Part shown: positions 25,524 to 38,251 of the stretch, piece after piece
Numbering within the stretch: the stretch's first letter is position 1
How the letters are laid out: every line of letters begins with the position of its first letter
NCBI GenBank assembly: GCA_965649825.1
Contig: OZ287711.1
Coordinates: forward strand, 416,781-480,780
Source of the DNA: Penicillus capitatus
Taxonomy: Eukaryota; Plantae; Chlorophyta
Direction of reading: 5' to 3'
DNA: 64,000 nucleotides
The notes under the pieces: model-generated
The model's input: the letters and a program-made list of their open reading frames with translations, nothing else
Database searches by the model: none
Told to the model about the DNA's origin: nothing
Translations under genes and position numbers: made by a program

Positions 25524-25643
25524 CCAATAATAGGTCTGAGGTTTGCCAATAATAGGTCGGAGGTTTGCCAATAATAGGTCTGAGGTTTTCCAATAATAGG
25601 TCGGAGGTTTTCCAATAATAGGTCGGAGGTTTTCCAATAATAG
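25524..25643. repeat. 22-bp minisatellite, 5.5 copies: CCAATAATAGGTC(T/G)GAGGTTT(G/T)
   Basis: Units start at 25524, 25546, 25568, 25590, 25612 and 25634 (partial), with no spacers. Confidence 0.97.
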
Positions 25644-27140
25644 CGCTGGCGCGACAGTTTTGATGTGACCCGAAAAACGTGTGGAACTCACTCTCGCGGC
25701 TTTGCGGCCGCTTCCAGAGAATGTGACCTCGTGGAAGTGTGGAACGAAGTCATTCTCTAACTTATTGTTGACAAATTTTGTGGTTCTTCACCAACGAGAC
25801 TTGTTCTGAAAGGACGTTTCTAACCTCTGTCGACTGCTACGCAAAATCTTTGCAATTCGTAGCTCCTACATTCATAGATTGACTGATGGATCTCTGGTCA
25901 TCTGCGAAAACGCTGCGTAACGAGGCAGCAGATCAACGAGCAAGTACTCTTGCTCGTCGGGAATACGTCACCTTGTCTTTCACGTTTGCCAAACGAGCGT
26001 TGATGATGCTTTTACCGAATCTGTCAGTGGTCAGCGGACGGAGTATGCAGACGACGACGTAAAATATAGCCACCGACCGCTATCGAGCATACCTGTCGCA
26101 TCCCATTGTCTTCTTACGCGTACAACTTTGCCTGGTAACGCCAATAGCGTAACACACGACACTGTCTCGCGTAGTAAGATGCTTCGTTGGCACGATGACT
26201 GCTAAACCATTGTTTCCCAAACATCCGCTGCCTACACAGATTCGCCCGTTTCCCGAAGTTTCAAGTCTAGAGATCTGCGTCGTAGAGGAGGTAGGATTCC
26301 AAGGAGTTCTTGCGATGCGGCACAAGAAAACATGGACGGCATGTTATTCGACTGTCCACTGTCGACTGTACTCGGATCGAGCAAGATTGGCGGAGAGACG
26401 AACAAAGGCGATTCGATTCCTCTATCTAATGCATTTTGTGTTCTTGGCGTCGGCATCTTGCGATTGCCTTCAATGTGGAAGTTCGCCGAAACCAACGCCC
26501 AAATTCTTGGACGGCATCCTCGTTTATACGCCCATCAAACTACTAGCACGAGATGAAATTCCGGCGTTGATGCGTTTCGATGACATTAAGTGTCCTCCGA
26601 ATCACGCGTGGAAACAAGAGCCATGTCGCGTCAGCGAGAACGACGGAATGTCGTGCGCTCTGAAGCCATTTCCGAGATGGTCTTCTGCTTTCATTCTTCT
26701 CTGTAAGACTCAGTATGCGTGACGCCATGTGTGTTCGTGCTGGTTCTTGTTCTCGGTCGCCGAAGATGGAGCTTGTGCTCTTGTCGGTCTGTTCTGTGCT
26801 GCCTCGAAACAGTTATCCCTGTGTAAATGATCCGGAGGATTTTAATCCGCCAGTTCGCCAACCGATGACTGAGACAGTGTAACGCGGCAAACGACTCGAT
26901 GCCAGCTCCTCTCTGTTTTGCCCCATCCCCTACCCTGTTCGAGGCTGCCTTGTTAACGCGTACTGCGGAATCCGCGGAGAAAAACTCCGCGCACTCCGCT
27001 TACACACTGGCTGATCTGTCTGGCGCTGCAAAACACAGAGAGTCTCTCCATTTCAGCCGAACATCTGCATAAACTTCTCGGCCTCCCAGACCTTGCGTCG
27101 AAAACAGGAAGATGGTTGTTCCTCTGAAAAGCGGATCCGT

Positions 27141-27838
27141 CTAGAAACCAGATCTCCGGCGGCTGTTCTCCGCCGTGCTCCTGGCTATCTGGACCTACTC
27201 CAGAACAGCATACGATTAATCGTTGCATGACGAGGGGAATATAGATCACGTCTTGTTCGAGATTGTAGCGCTCTCTGCGCAAATCTGACACTTCTTCTTC
27301 GAGATCTTCCTTCTTCGCAGAGAGACGCTTCAAGTCGTCCATCGTCGACTCCAACTTGACCTTCTGAATGTTCACTTCCCTTGTCTAAGACGTCTCTGTG
27401 CTCAACGGGATGTCTGTCATTCTTACGCGCCTACCTTTTCCTCCAGTTCCGCTTCGCATCGCTTTGTGTCCTGCCGTGTGGCTTCGATCTTGTCCCTTAC
27501 CTGTTTGAACGCTTCGGGCCTGTTTCTGTCGATTTTCGGGTCGTAATCCCCGATCGATTTCAAAAAGGCATCGATTTCAGCTTCCTTCTTTGCGATCTCC
27601 TGCGGAAAGAGTACGGCAGATGCGGAGAGCGACGTTCGACACGGCGGACTTTGAGTCTCGCGAGGGTCCTCTGCAGACTGGAGTCTGAAGGTTCGCCACC
27701 TGTGACCTGCATCACACGGCGCCGGACAGAGCGCGGAGACGCTCGAGGGATCTTGACCTTCGGGATGCGAGTTGATGCCGTACGCAGACCACCCCACAGC
27801 GACATCCTTCGCAGCAGCGAGCTGTACGCCTGCATCAT
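27141..27838 (-). CDS. Coiled-coil protein of about 163 aa with organellar-targeting-like N-terminus, 5 exons
   Basis: Phase-0 GT-AG introns of about 50 bp join MMQAYSSLLRRMSLWGGLRTASTRIPK|VTGG..RLK|EIAKKEAEIDAF..ELEEK|TREVNIQKVKLES..NLEQD|VQIARS..GF*. Confidence 0.6.
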
Positions 27839-28965
27839 CCTTCGTGCCTTCTCGAAATGCGCGTGTGGGCTTCAGAGTATGCCCTTTTGGCGACGTGACT
27901 GCTCAGTGATGTGACGTTGACAGTCCGTGCTGTCCGTGGTGGAAAGTGCACGTACACACAGGTTGAGATCTGACTATCCAGTTTCTTCACTGGAAAGCAT
28001 CCCGACTTCAGAGTAACAAGACAAAGGAATCACTTCATCATCTTGCGACGTCTGTCATCTGAAATGTCGCCAAGACGAATGCTAACCATCCTGTGTCTAG
28101 GAAAACTGCCTTTCTGGAAGATGTTGCGAGGGTATGACAGCAAACCTGAGCCAGATACAATGTGCAGCCGTTCGAGAGTGGAAAGATAATTCAACTGGAA
28201 GAAATAAGGGAAAGGGATGACGTATCTAGCGGGCGATGCGATTTCAAAGATGCAAGTTGCGACAGAGGAACCATACCGCGTTCGACGACGAAGGATCAAT
28301 GCATACTTGTCCTGTTTTCAAAATTCGATCGCTTCTGTTGTCCTTACTTACATCGACCGCGATGAATGAATTGTCGACACACACACTTTCTCTCTCTTCG
28401 CATACCCTTTGCAGAAAATGTGAACCCGAAACTGCGTAGCGTTGTACTAAACCGCAAATCCGACAGCAATAAAGTACAGAGCATGCATACAGAGCCGCCT
28501 AGACTTCTACGACGATGTCAGAAGGGGCGAAATTCACCAAGAGTGTGTCAGTGTTTGTAAAGAAAGGCGCACGAGCGCATACGCAAATGCAGGGCGCGTG
28601 TACCTTAGGAGTCATCCTTCTCATTTATATAGTGTTGAGTACCCTGCATCTAGGAATCACTTCACCGGCGGCTGTCAGCGATCATACATGTGTGTTTTGT
28701 GCCGAGCACTGAGGCGCATCTATTGCCAGATCATTGGTTGCAACTAGTGTATGTCATTTTGCGACAGGTTTTCCACATTGAACAGTTCCTTTCCCAAGGC
28801 TTAATGTATTAGACGGAATGCAATAGTAAAATGCATCGCACAATTCTTTCACCCAAAGACTCTTGCCCAATCAACTTTACAAGAAAAAAGGCAAAACACA
28901 AAAGATGGACGTGGTCATTTGTCCTCCTTCATTGGGAGAAACTGCAGAAAGGGAGAAGCGGTATC

Positions 28966-30758
28966 TTACACAGAGTTGAGAGTCCGTCCACGCGTGTTAA
29001 CATTGCGAAGACACGGAAAGGCATCAAACAATGATGCGTGTGTTTTGGCATCTATGGTGTGATAAAGAGGGGGATCTACTGTCCGACAAAGTGGGAGATC
29101 TATTGTCCTGAGCTTGGGCAAACCCCCTTGTGGCACTCCAGATATACTGTCGATCAACCGCTCGGGGAATGGAATCTCCAGTACTCTCAAATTCGAGAGA
29201 AGACTCAGCTGTTTGCAGACGAGGCTATGGTCCATTTGTGTCTTGCGACCACCGAGGCGCAGCTTTGTCAGACCAGTCAACGCCACGAATGCGCTGAGAA
29301 ACGCGCGATCCAGACAGGCGTTCCACAATGTCAGTGCCTTTAGCTTCCTGAGTTTCCTGAAGAAATGGAATGGTGTCACGCCAGTCGTGTGGAACAAATG
29401 CATCTCTTTGGCGCTATGGATGCATAAGTACTCGAGACGTGTCAGGTCTACCAGCTCCATGAGCAGGTCTGTTGGAAAACTTTGTTGCGTTTTAAGTCCA
29501 AGATCGACGATTCCTTTTGGAAAGCGTAGGGGATGGTTTCCAGGTGTGGCATCCAGAGACAGCTGTGTGAGCTGAGTGAAAATGCTGAGGCGTTGCGTGA
29601 TCTGGGGTGAGACGACCGTCGGAATACTGTCCAGGAAAACGAGTGATTTCAGTCCGGTCAGAAACTCCATGCACTCTACAAAAGGCAGTATATCTTCACC
29701 TTCGGGTGCGTGCAGCTCCAGCTTGGTCAAGTCCTGCATCTGCCGTATTCCTTGGAAAAAGCTGTTCTCTTGTTGAGTGATGTTGTAAAGCGAAAGCTCT
29801 GACAGACGACGGAACGCTCTCCAAGGGTACTTTCTCTTTGGCGACAGCCGTCTGAATATCTGGCGAATATCCAGTGACTGCAGCGAGTGGGCATACGGTA
29901 AGATCATCTACAGAAGGCGCTCAGGGAAAAGATAGACGCGTGTGAGGATTGACAGACCCTGAGGTGGAAATTAGTCGGCGGTGGGTACTTGTAAGGAAAG
30001 TGACCGACAGTCAGGCGCTCGAGTCCTGTCAATGAAGGCAGAAGAAGCTCACGGCTACTGTTGAATAGCACCTGAATGTCCACCACCAGCTCCTTCAGTC
30101 CTTGCAGCTCGGCGACGGGTTCCAGATCTCTTTGGATGACGCAGTCGACAGAGAGATCGAGAGACAGCAGGTTCTCCAAACGACGCAGGACGTGGACGAC
30201 ATCGTGCAACGTGTCCTCACGACCCACTCGTATGCATAGCATTCGGAGACGTTGCATCGACGGAAGACATCCCACCAGTGGAGTCACGTCCATTGCAGCC
30301 TTGGATAGAGACAGATCTAGATGCGTGAGGTCTCTGAGTCGAGTCAGATGCGGAATCAGATCTGTCTCTACATCATTCACGTCGTCGAGCCAATGGTTCA
30401 TTGTCAGTGAGGAGGTCTTGGGGAACAGGTCAGCGACTTTGCCCAGCTCGTCTGGCCGCACTCTGCGTATCTTCACCGGCACTTTCCCACAAGCTTCGCG
30501 CCATCGTCGACAGACAAGGCGACATTCATGCAGTCCGTCTTCCGCGACGAACGAGAGAACTCTCTGTAGCAGATCTTCCTGTTTGAGAAGGACGCATAAC
30601 GCATGCGCTGCCTCGGTAACTGTGTCTGCATGCGACTCGACAATTTCTTCCCTGACGTCCGGCTCTGCGACCGTGTGCAACTCCGCCTGCTCAGTACTGG
30701 CGGCGCTCTGCGAAGTCTTCTTCTTCGAGTACCGGTGCTTCTTCAAAAGTGACAACAT
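28966..30758 (-). CDS. F-box-LRR protein (intron 29957-29908)
   Basis: LLKQEDLLQRVLSFVAEDGLHECRLVCRRWREACGKVPV, LRRs, 50-bp family intron, FPCLR C-terminus. Confidence 0.9.
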
Positions 30759-31950
30759 AAAGTTCTGTCGACAAATGTAGAGCGAAGGAACGAGCCGATT
30801 CAAGTTCAAAGCGATAGCATTTATCCGTTAACGCTGCAACCCCATCTTCATGTCATTGCTCTCTTGATTCAATCTACTTGAAGGCATGGCGGTGGTCATC
30901 ACGCAGCAATCGCTTTTGCTCTTCTGCGTTGTGATGGATTTCAAAGGTCGGCCAAGTCCTGGGGATCGATAGTGTCGACACTTTCGCCCTCGTAAACGAA
31001 CTGTCGAGTTGAAAGACAATACTTATGACTGTAGGGCCTGGCGCCTCATGTTTGGTGACTCTTCGCTTACGACAGTGTGTGTGCTTTCTCTCGGTGATGA
31101 CTGTCGGCGCTGTCGACGAAAAGAAAAACAAAAAGACGGTCCGGAAACAGCGCCAGAACGGGTCCTGGCCGTTCGCATTGGATCAGCAGTCTTGTTTGAA
31201 CCAGGGATTGGAGTGACATTAAGCAAGGGGAACTTCGTGATTCCGACAATTGCATGCGGCAAGCGACTGCTGTCATTGCATTAGGTGGCATTCCTTCCGT
31301 GCGCCAGCCGTGAGAGCTTGACGTGGACGTAAACCGCTGAGCGTTTTCGAGAAGCTCGTCGCGTCGCGTCAGTCCGGCGAATACTGTGCTTTCATCTCAT
31401 GATAGTGGCGCACTAGGCAGCACACATGCGTCTCTCTTCGTCAAGCCGACCGATTTCGCGACAGGATAATGACACCTAAAACACCACAAGACGTTACTCT
31501 TAAACAATTCTGCGAGCGTCGTGTCAGCAGACATTTACGGCCCAAGACCTGTCACATCAGTTTCTTCGTTCGTGTAGCCTTCGGCGTGTGCTGTGGGTAC
31601 AGAAACACTTCCTAAGTCAAGTAATGGATTCGCTCGAGTAAGACAGTCAGTTGGTTTGGCGTTTCGACGTTTCGAAGCGAACAACACGGACGGCGCTTTT
31701 TCTCAAAAATGATGGGATTCGATCCATGCACAAACGCACCCATTCCACATTAAACAGTTGCCACGTGTCTAGATTCAGGATCATGTACGCCGACTTTCTC
31801 GACAGCGTCGCAGTTTCAGATATAAAGTCGCGTCAGACAGCGCACCGAACGGTTTCCGACTGTCGCTGTTCGGCGTTTTGCGTTTTTCTTTTCTGCTTTT
31901 TTGCGTCGAGTACATACGGTCGCCTCGTTGACACCTTCACGTTCGCGTCA

Positions 31951-33024
31951 ATGAATTTTCAGACGGACCCTCAAGATCGCGCTGTGCTTCTCGTCGTCGG
32001 AAGAACGCGAATTGGGAAGAGCGAATTCATTTCCACAGCTAACCGCATCTTCCACGGCAGCAGACTTCCGGACATCGTATCTGATGGTTTGCTTTCACAT
32101 ACCAAGAAGACGCAGGGATACCCGATGCGTCTTGGTGACAAAGACGTAAGCATGGTGGACACTGTCGGCATCGATGACATCGGCGAGACGGACATTCCCG
32201 ACAAGACGTTGCTCCAGTTTCTTGCGCACAGGAGAAAGGCAGATTTCTATCCGCCGTTGGTCATGATTCAGGCGCTGTCTCGGCTGGAGATAGAGCTCTT
32301 GACAAAGATGGCCTCCTTCTTTACAGACATCGTCGTCGCTCTGCGAATGGATAACAGATCCACTTTCGATATCAATCGAAAGCACATCTGTGAAGCGTGC
32401 CAGATACGACCGATCGTCATCTTGCCGTTACAAACGTTCATGTCTTCTGGCCTCGGCAAGAAGGCAACGCAGTGTGATTACCAAGATGGTGTCTCGACGA
32501 TACTGAGCTTCTACAGAACCTTAACGCCTTCCAAGAAGTTGCCACGTAGTCCTCTATTCGTTGGATCGTTAGAGAAAACGCTGAGCCTGCCAGAAACAAA
32601 AAGCGAAGTCGTTGAAGAAGAAAGCCGCGAAACACGGCGCATAACGAGGGGATCTGTTCTCGTTCGCGTGACCCAAGTCGGCGGCAAGGACGTGTTGTAC
32701 GAAGAAATCGGCAGGATGCCCGTAGCTGTACTCGTGCTAGCATTGCCTTCAATGACTAACGCTGTTGCATTGTTTGGAGCAATACTTGGAAGAAAAGAGA
32801 AGATTAGATACGTCGAAAAACAAAGAGAAGTGGACGAGCTGTTCAAGATTGTAACGAAGATCCGCAGAACGTATGAGAGAGAAGTTCAGGCAGTGTGGAA
32901 AATACTTGCCGGCGATAGCAGGGGTCTCGAGGGATATGAATACGGACCGTGGGAGATTGTCGACGATGAGGTGGTGGCACGTAGCGAAACGAAGGTGTCC
33001 TCAGTTGTGGTCAGAGGAGAGTAG
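31951..33024 (+). CDS. TRAFAC-class GTPase (AIG1/GIMAP/Toc34/septin-like) with C-terminal hydrophobic segment, 357 aa, intronless
   Basis: G1 GRTRIGKS, G2 Thr in SHTKKT, G3 DTVG. Hydrophobic MPVAVLVLALPSMTNAVALFGAILG. Confidence 0.85.
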   Translation: MNFQTDPQDRAVLLVVGRTRIGKSEFISTANRIFHGSRLPDIVSDGLLSHTKKTQGYPMRLGDKDVSMVDTVGIDDIGETDIPDKTLLQFLAHRRKADFYPPLVMIQALSRLEIELLTKMASFFTDIVVALRMDNRSTFDINRKHICEACQIRPIVILPLQTFMSSGLGKKATQCDYQDGVSTILSFYRTLTPSKKLPRSPLFVGSLEKTLSLPETKSEVVEEESRETRRITRGSVLVRVTQVGGKDVLYEEIGRMPVAVLVLALPSMTNAVALFGAILGRKEKIRYVEKQREVDELFKIVTKIRRTYEREVQAVWKILAGDSRGLEGYEYGPWEIVDDEVVARSETKVSSVVVRGE

Positions 33025-34560
33025 CCAGAGGATGCGCCAAAGAAAGATGTGTCGATTGAACATCTCTATTAACGACTGCCGTCAGGGTAATAAACATTTT
33101 AGATGTACGACGCTCGTACACCACGCGCCGATGCAGAGCGATGTCTTGTGCATTCCTTCATGTCTAGCACGAAGAGATTCTGTGACTGCCTCCATTCTGA
33201 TCACAATCTATAGCTTTCCGAGAGTTGTTCTCTTGTCTTCCGTCGCAGCTGCTGAGTACAGTTCAGTTGTATTGAGCTATGATTGATCTCACCATTGCTG
33301 GACAGAATACTCGTCTTTCTAGTTACCGTAAACATCAACCCAATGCGCTGTTTTCACTGTCGGCCATTCTGTTTTGTTAGTTGATTGTGGCTGGTCGATG
33401 TCTCACGGGTACAAACTCCCAGCTAGGTGCTACGGCCCTTACGCGGAGGGTTTTAGCAGTTATTTCTTCCCTCTGTGTCTAGAATAGAGATCGGATCAGG
33501 AATCCGCACGGTACAGAAAGACAGATCGAAACAGTACTGTACGCGGAGCTCACTCAACACACGGAAGCGAAGCGATTGTCGTGATGGTCGTCTTATTAAT
33601 GCTGTTATCGTCCAACGATGAAGACCTCTCTGTGATGTCTCTGTTTCCAATCGATGACCACGGCAGCACGATGGTGGACGAGATTTATTGGACAGACCTC
33701 TTTCTTAGGTTGTTCAGTGGTACACCTGTGTGAAACCAACTGTAAAAGATTCTGAAGTTTCGTGCAGTAGTCTGCTGAAAAACGTCGTGTCACGACTCTG
33801 ACGAGAATGCCTGTTGTTAAGAAGCCACATACGGATCCAATCAGTGTCCAACAGAGCAGCGTAAGCCAAAACGTCACGACTGTCGCGTCGCCGTCACACA
33901 TCAAAACCCAGTTCGTTTGCGAAACACGCCGCCGACCTCTGTTCGGAGTGCACGAGAATGTTATAAGTTTCCGCGACTTCTTCTCGTCGCATTTGCGAAC
34001 TGAACGATGTCGTCAGTGTGATCCGAGTTGGATGGAACAAACGATAACTGACTTTAAGCTTCGTGGCTTTGTCGGCAAACGGGAACGGGTAATGAATCGA
34101 CGGTATCGGCCATCAGCCGAATGTGTGACATCGCCTTGGAGCACAACACGAGACAGCTGACCTCCAACGACTCGCGGCATAGACGCAGGTGGAGTCGGCT
34201 CAGATTCCTCCGTCGTGTCGCTGAAATCTCCAGGCGCGGCAGACGTGTTTGGGGAGATGGTGTCGATACTCGTGCTCTGACACCCGCCTGGAGGCGAGCA
34301 CCGTGTCTGCTGTCTGACTTTGCGTCGACTACCGCATTCTACGAAATCGACGACGCATCCGCTCGTGGATCTGCTTTCGCCGTCACGACATTCAAAGAAA
34401 AACCCACAGCACTGAGTACTCAGGAACGTGACTGACAGACGGGTCATTGCAGGAATCACAAATGAGCTTCGTTCGATGAGTTCTTCGGTACGATAAGGAA
34501 GAGCACAGTCAGGACGCGAGGGTCTAGCGATTAGAAACAACACATAGCATACTGAGCAGC

Positions 34561-36344
34561 TCATACGAGACGGTAGATCTGTCCGGCGTTGTCGCCGAGG
34601 TTGCGTTTAAAGGTCGTGGCATTCAAGAAGTGAATACTGCGGAGGCATGGAAACGTTCGAAACAGTACGGATCTCGGCAATGACTTCTCTGTACAAATCA
34701 GTCGCAGTCCAGCGAAACAGAACTTCACCGAATCCCCGTCTGCGATGAAGAGGATGCGTTGAAGACGTGGCACACGACACGCCGCTGGTCGGATCAAGAA
34801 TCCAATCACTGGCCAGTAGCTAGGCATCCCGAGCACTCTCAGATTGCACAGGAGGCTCAGCTGAGCGTAGAAACGATGAACGTCGAAGCGAGTGACCTTC
34901 GGGACGAAACTCAATTCCGTCAGCTCCGGAAGCGTCCCGAGTACGCTGAGAAAATCCGACTCGACGTCGGTCTTCCACAGTTCCAGCGTCTTGAGCTTCT
35001 TGAGCGGCTGCAAAGCACTGGACAGCAGCAGGAGACTGCTGTCTCGATTGCTGACTCGCAGCGTCACCAGGTTGGGCATGCGGGCCAAGGCGCGCGACAG
35101 ATGGAGTTGCGAGTCCCTGAAGATGGTGATCTCAAGGTCGACCATCTCAGGCAGATGACGCAGACGCGTTCCGCACAGGGACATTGCGCAGATCGATCCC
35201 GTCGCGGCGAGACGCGTCAGTTGCGTCATGGCCGCCAGTGAGTCTGCCATGCGTCGTCTGGAGACGATGTCTCTGCACGGATCGATCGAGAGCGATTTGA
35301 GTCCAGTGAGCGCGAGCACGGGATCCACGGAGACTTGACCATCCGGATGCATTCCGCCGGCGATCGTCACTTCTGTCAGGCGACTCAGCTCCACGAGGGC
35401 GGCGGGGAAGTCCGCGTCCCTCAGGGCGAAGCAACTCGTGACGAGCTTCTCCAATCTCGAAAAAGACGATAGCAACAGCCATCCCTGGAATGAACGTCTG
35501 GCAGTGCACGCCTCGATGTCCAGTGACCGCAGCGACGCGGCATAGGGAAGGAACGACTAGAACAGACACAGCGCGTTTCAGAATGCTCGTGCGGCGCCTA
35601 TCGCACCTGCAAGTGCACTGCTGTCCAGTCCTGTGGTCCCAGATGAGGAGCGTCGCTGAATCTGAGTCCCGTGAGTCGGGTCAGCGACTGGAAGACGAGC
35701 CGCCCGTCACTCCTGACCAGACTCCTAGCGTTGCCGCTCAAATGCAGCAGTCTCTGGAGCTCTGTGATCGGTTCGGGAAAGGCATGGCTGTTGCACGGCG
35801 CGTGGACATCCAGGTACGTGAGGTGCACCAGGCGTCTCAAGGTGTCCATCCAGACGGCGTGGGTGGTCGCGTCATCCGAGTGGAAAGAGAGCGATCGGAG
35901 GCGATCCATCGACAGCAGAATCGGACGCAGTCCCTCGGCGACCTGATGTCCAGGTCGAAACGGCACCTGCATTGTGTGGAGCTTCCTGATTTCTGACAGC
36001 CAGGGCAGGGCATCGACACCCAGTCCTTTCTTTCGGCTCCTGTCGACGAGGCACAGAGATGCCGCCTCCGGAAACTTCTCTGTCACCTGTCTCACCATTT
36101 CGGTAACGCTGATAGAGGAGACGTCTGCCCGAATTCTGACGGGCAGCCTCCGGCAAGCTTCACGCCAATGTCGACAGACGAGGCGACACTCGTGAAGGCC
36201 GTCGTCCACGACGTACGCAAGCACTTTGAGCAGCAAATACTCGTGTTCGAGAAGTGCACCCAGGCTGCCAACCACCGTCGAGGGCTTGGATACGGAGCAA
36301 GTATCCACAACGTCTTGCCGTCTCGCCAGCCGTGACAAGGACAT
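34561..36344 (-). CDS. F-box-LRR protein (intron 35606-35557)
   Basis: LLEHEYLLLKVLAYVVDDGLHECRLVCRHWREACRRLPV, LRRs, 50-bp family intron, FPCLR motif. Confidence 0.9.
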
Positions 36345-37448
36345 TGTTAGCTCTGAAAAACGAACGTTGCGACGGTCGCGACGAAAGCAGCAACAGAAAC
36401 CTTATGACTTGCTGCAACCGACTGTGATGTTAACACGCGACTCCAATTCGCAGGTTGCCGATAGCTTCGTTTCTCTGAAAGTGACGTTTGTATCATTCAT
36501 CTGGAAGCGACGATGGGTGCGCAGTCCCTCTCCAATGACCTTTCAACCACGTATAGCTACAGAGGGACGTCCAGATCGCCGCGCCCACATCGCGCGAACA
36601 AACGCATAAAAGAAAACGGAACAGATTCTGCTCGTGGAATCGACAACAGGTTCATTGTGAGGGTGACGGAGTCACCCTCGTGATGTCCCGGGTCACATCA
36701 TGGCAGTGACTCCTCCGCAGTGAACCCGTGTGTCCTCTCGCGGAGTCGATCTCACGACAATTGTCGAGGTCCCAAACGCCTTGAAAAGACACGTTCAACC
36801 AGTCGACCGACCTGAAAGTAAGACCGTGGTTGTCACCAAAAACCTGTCACGTCATTCAATTCGAGACGAGACGCGATCCCGCAGGACGGCAAAGAGTACA
36901 TCCGTCTCCTTCACGCTAAGGAAATCACCAGAGATAAAAAGACAGGCGAAACCTGCCGCGTCTGCTTGCCATGTAATGAACGTCCTCTCGTACCCGCATT
37001 CCGATCTCAGGACGCAAGAGAGATGCCCTTGAGGCAACTACCGCCGTCTGCATCTCTTCTCCAACGCTTGCGCCACCCGTCCTGTCAAGGCGCGTTGACC
37101 ATTGCCGTCTTTTGACAAAGGTTGCCCGACTACGGCCAGAGTGTGCGTATTTCTTCGGTCAGCGAGTGAATGCGCCATTCGGAGGATGCAGTCGCAGCGA
37201 TTTCGCCGAGAAGGCGTGCTGTTCGTCGACATCGTCGGCGCGCAGAAATCAATACGTTCGAACGGTCTCAGGATCGGCGGCATTCTTAAACGTCGTCTAA
37301 GATGCATGAAAAGCTCCAGTGGTGAACGCGTCGACCCAAGCAAATAGAATAAAAATAATGCAACAATAAAATCAAGGAACTTCTGGCAGAAGCACTTATG
37401 CGGTGTGCAAAGAAAAGAGGCGTTGTCATTCAGACGATGGCGTGCTGC

Positions 37449-38251
37449 TTAAGGGGCAGCTGAGTACGAAAGGACGTCCGCATTAAAAACAAGCGCCGAG
37501 AGCCGAGCAAGCGTCGGGCGACCCACCATCCTCGCCGATAATCTAATAACACCAACGACACCTCTAGATAAAAGTCGACGTGCGAGACTTGGATAGCTTA
37601 CGTCTGCGACATCTTGAAGTCTTCTGTCGACTGCTTCATCATGCGGAATGAGGCCGCTGCCGCACTCTTTGCATGGACAAGCTTTAAAGGGGATGGTATT
37701 CGTTTTACCGATAATGCTGCGAGCGACGGTTCCACATTCGCTGCTTCCGCCCAGAAGGCCGACGATGCAGAGAGGAGTGTCCCATTCAGCGTTTCGAAGC
37801 TCTCTTGCTGCACTATTGTTCAACAGGACCTGCGATGCATGCGATGTTTGCCGAGGTAACGACGATGTTATTGCTCACTCTCGTCGGCACATTCAAGCAC
37901 TGTTCGGCGGCATCATGCAATGCCGTGTTGCCGCTGTCGTCCGTAACGTCAACGTCACAGCCGTTTAAATTCACCAACCAATGGATGCACAAACTGCACG
38001 TTGACGAAACGGAGCGGTGCAGAAGCGTTTTTCCATTACTGTCACAGGTGCATGTGCAAAGCGACGGATCTGGGAATTCAGACGCGAGGGTGTTCGAGGC
38101 GCCGCTGTTGACATAGCCACAGACTATCGGGTCGCATGGAGCAGTGTTGACTAGAGCACACCATCACCACGCAGCATAGGCAGCAACCGAACGCACCAAC
38201 GCTGGAAGCGGCAGCGAGACAAAACAGAACGGCAAGGACAGACGGAGACAT
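37449..38251 (-). CDS. Putative secreted Cys-rich ankyrin-repeat protein (exons 38251-38197, 38150-37879, 37829-; 3' end uncertain)
   Basis: Signal-peptide-like MSPSVLAVLFCLAAASSV. Ankyrin motifs DSNGKTLLH, GCDVDVTDDSGNTALHDAA and LLNNSAARELRNAEWDTPL. GT-AG introns of 46 and 49 bp keep the frame. Confidence 0.75.

Noticed and set aside
25524-25643. CRISPR array
   Set aside because: The repeats are contiguous with no spacers, there are no cas genes, and the context is eukaryotic.
25100-25720. Helitron or TIR transposon around the minisatellite
   Set aside because: Small hairpins exist, but I found no correctly spaced hairpin-CTAG end and no TIR/TSD pair.
33605-34564. Membrane-protein-like ORF fragments between GTPase 1 and the F-box gene
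   Set aside because: There is one hydrophobic stretch, but no coherent exon chain or motif.
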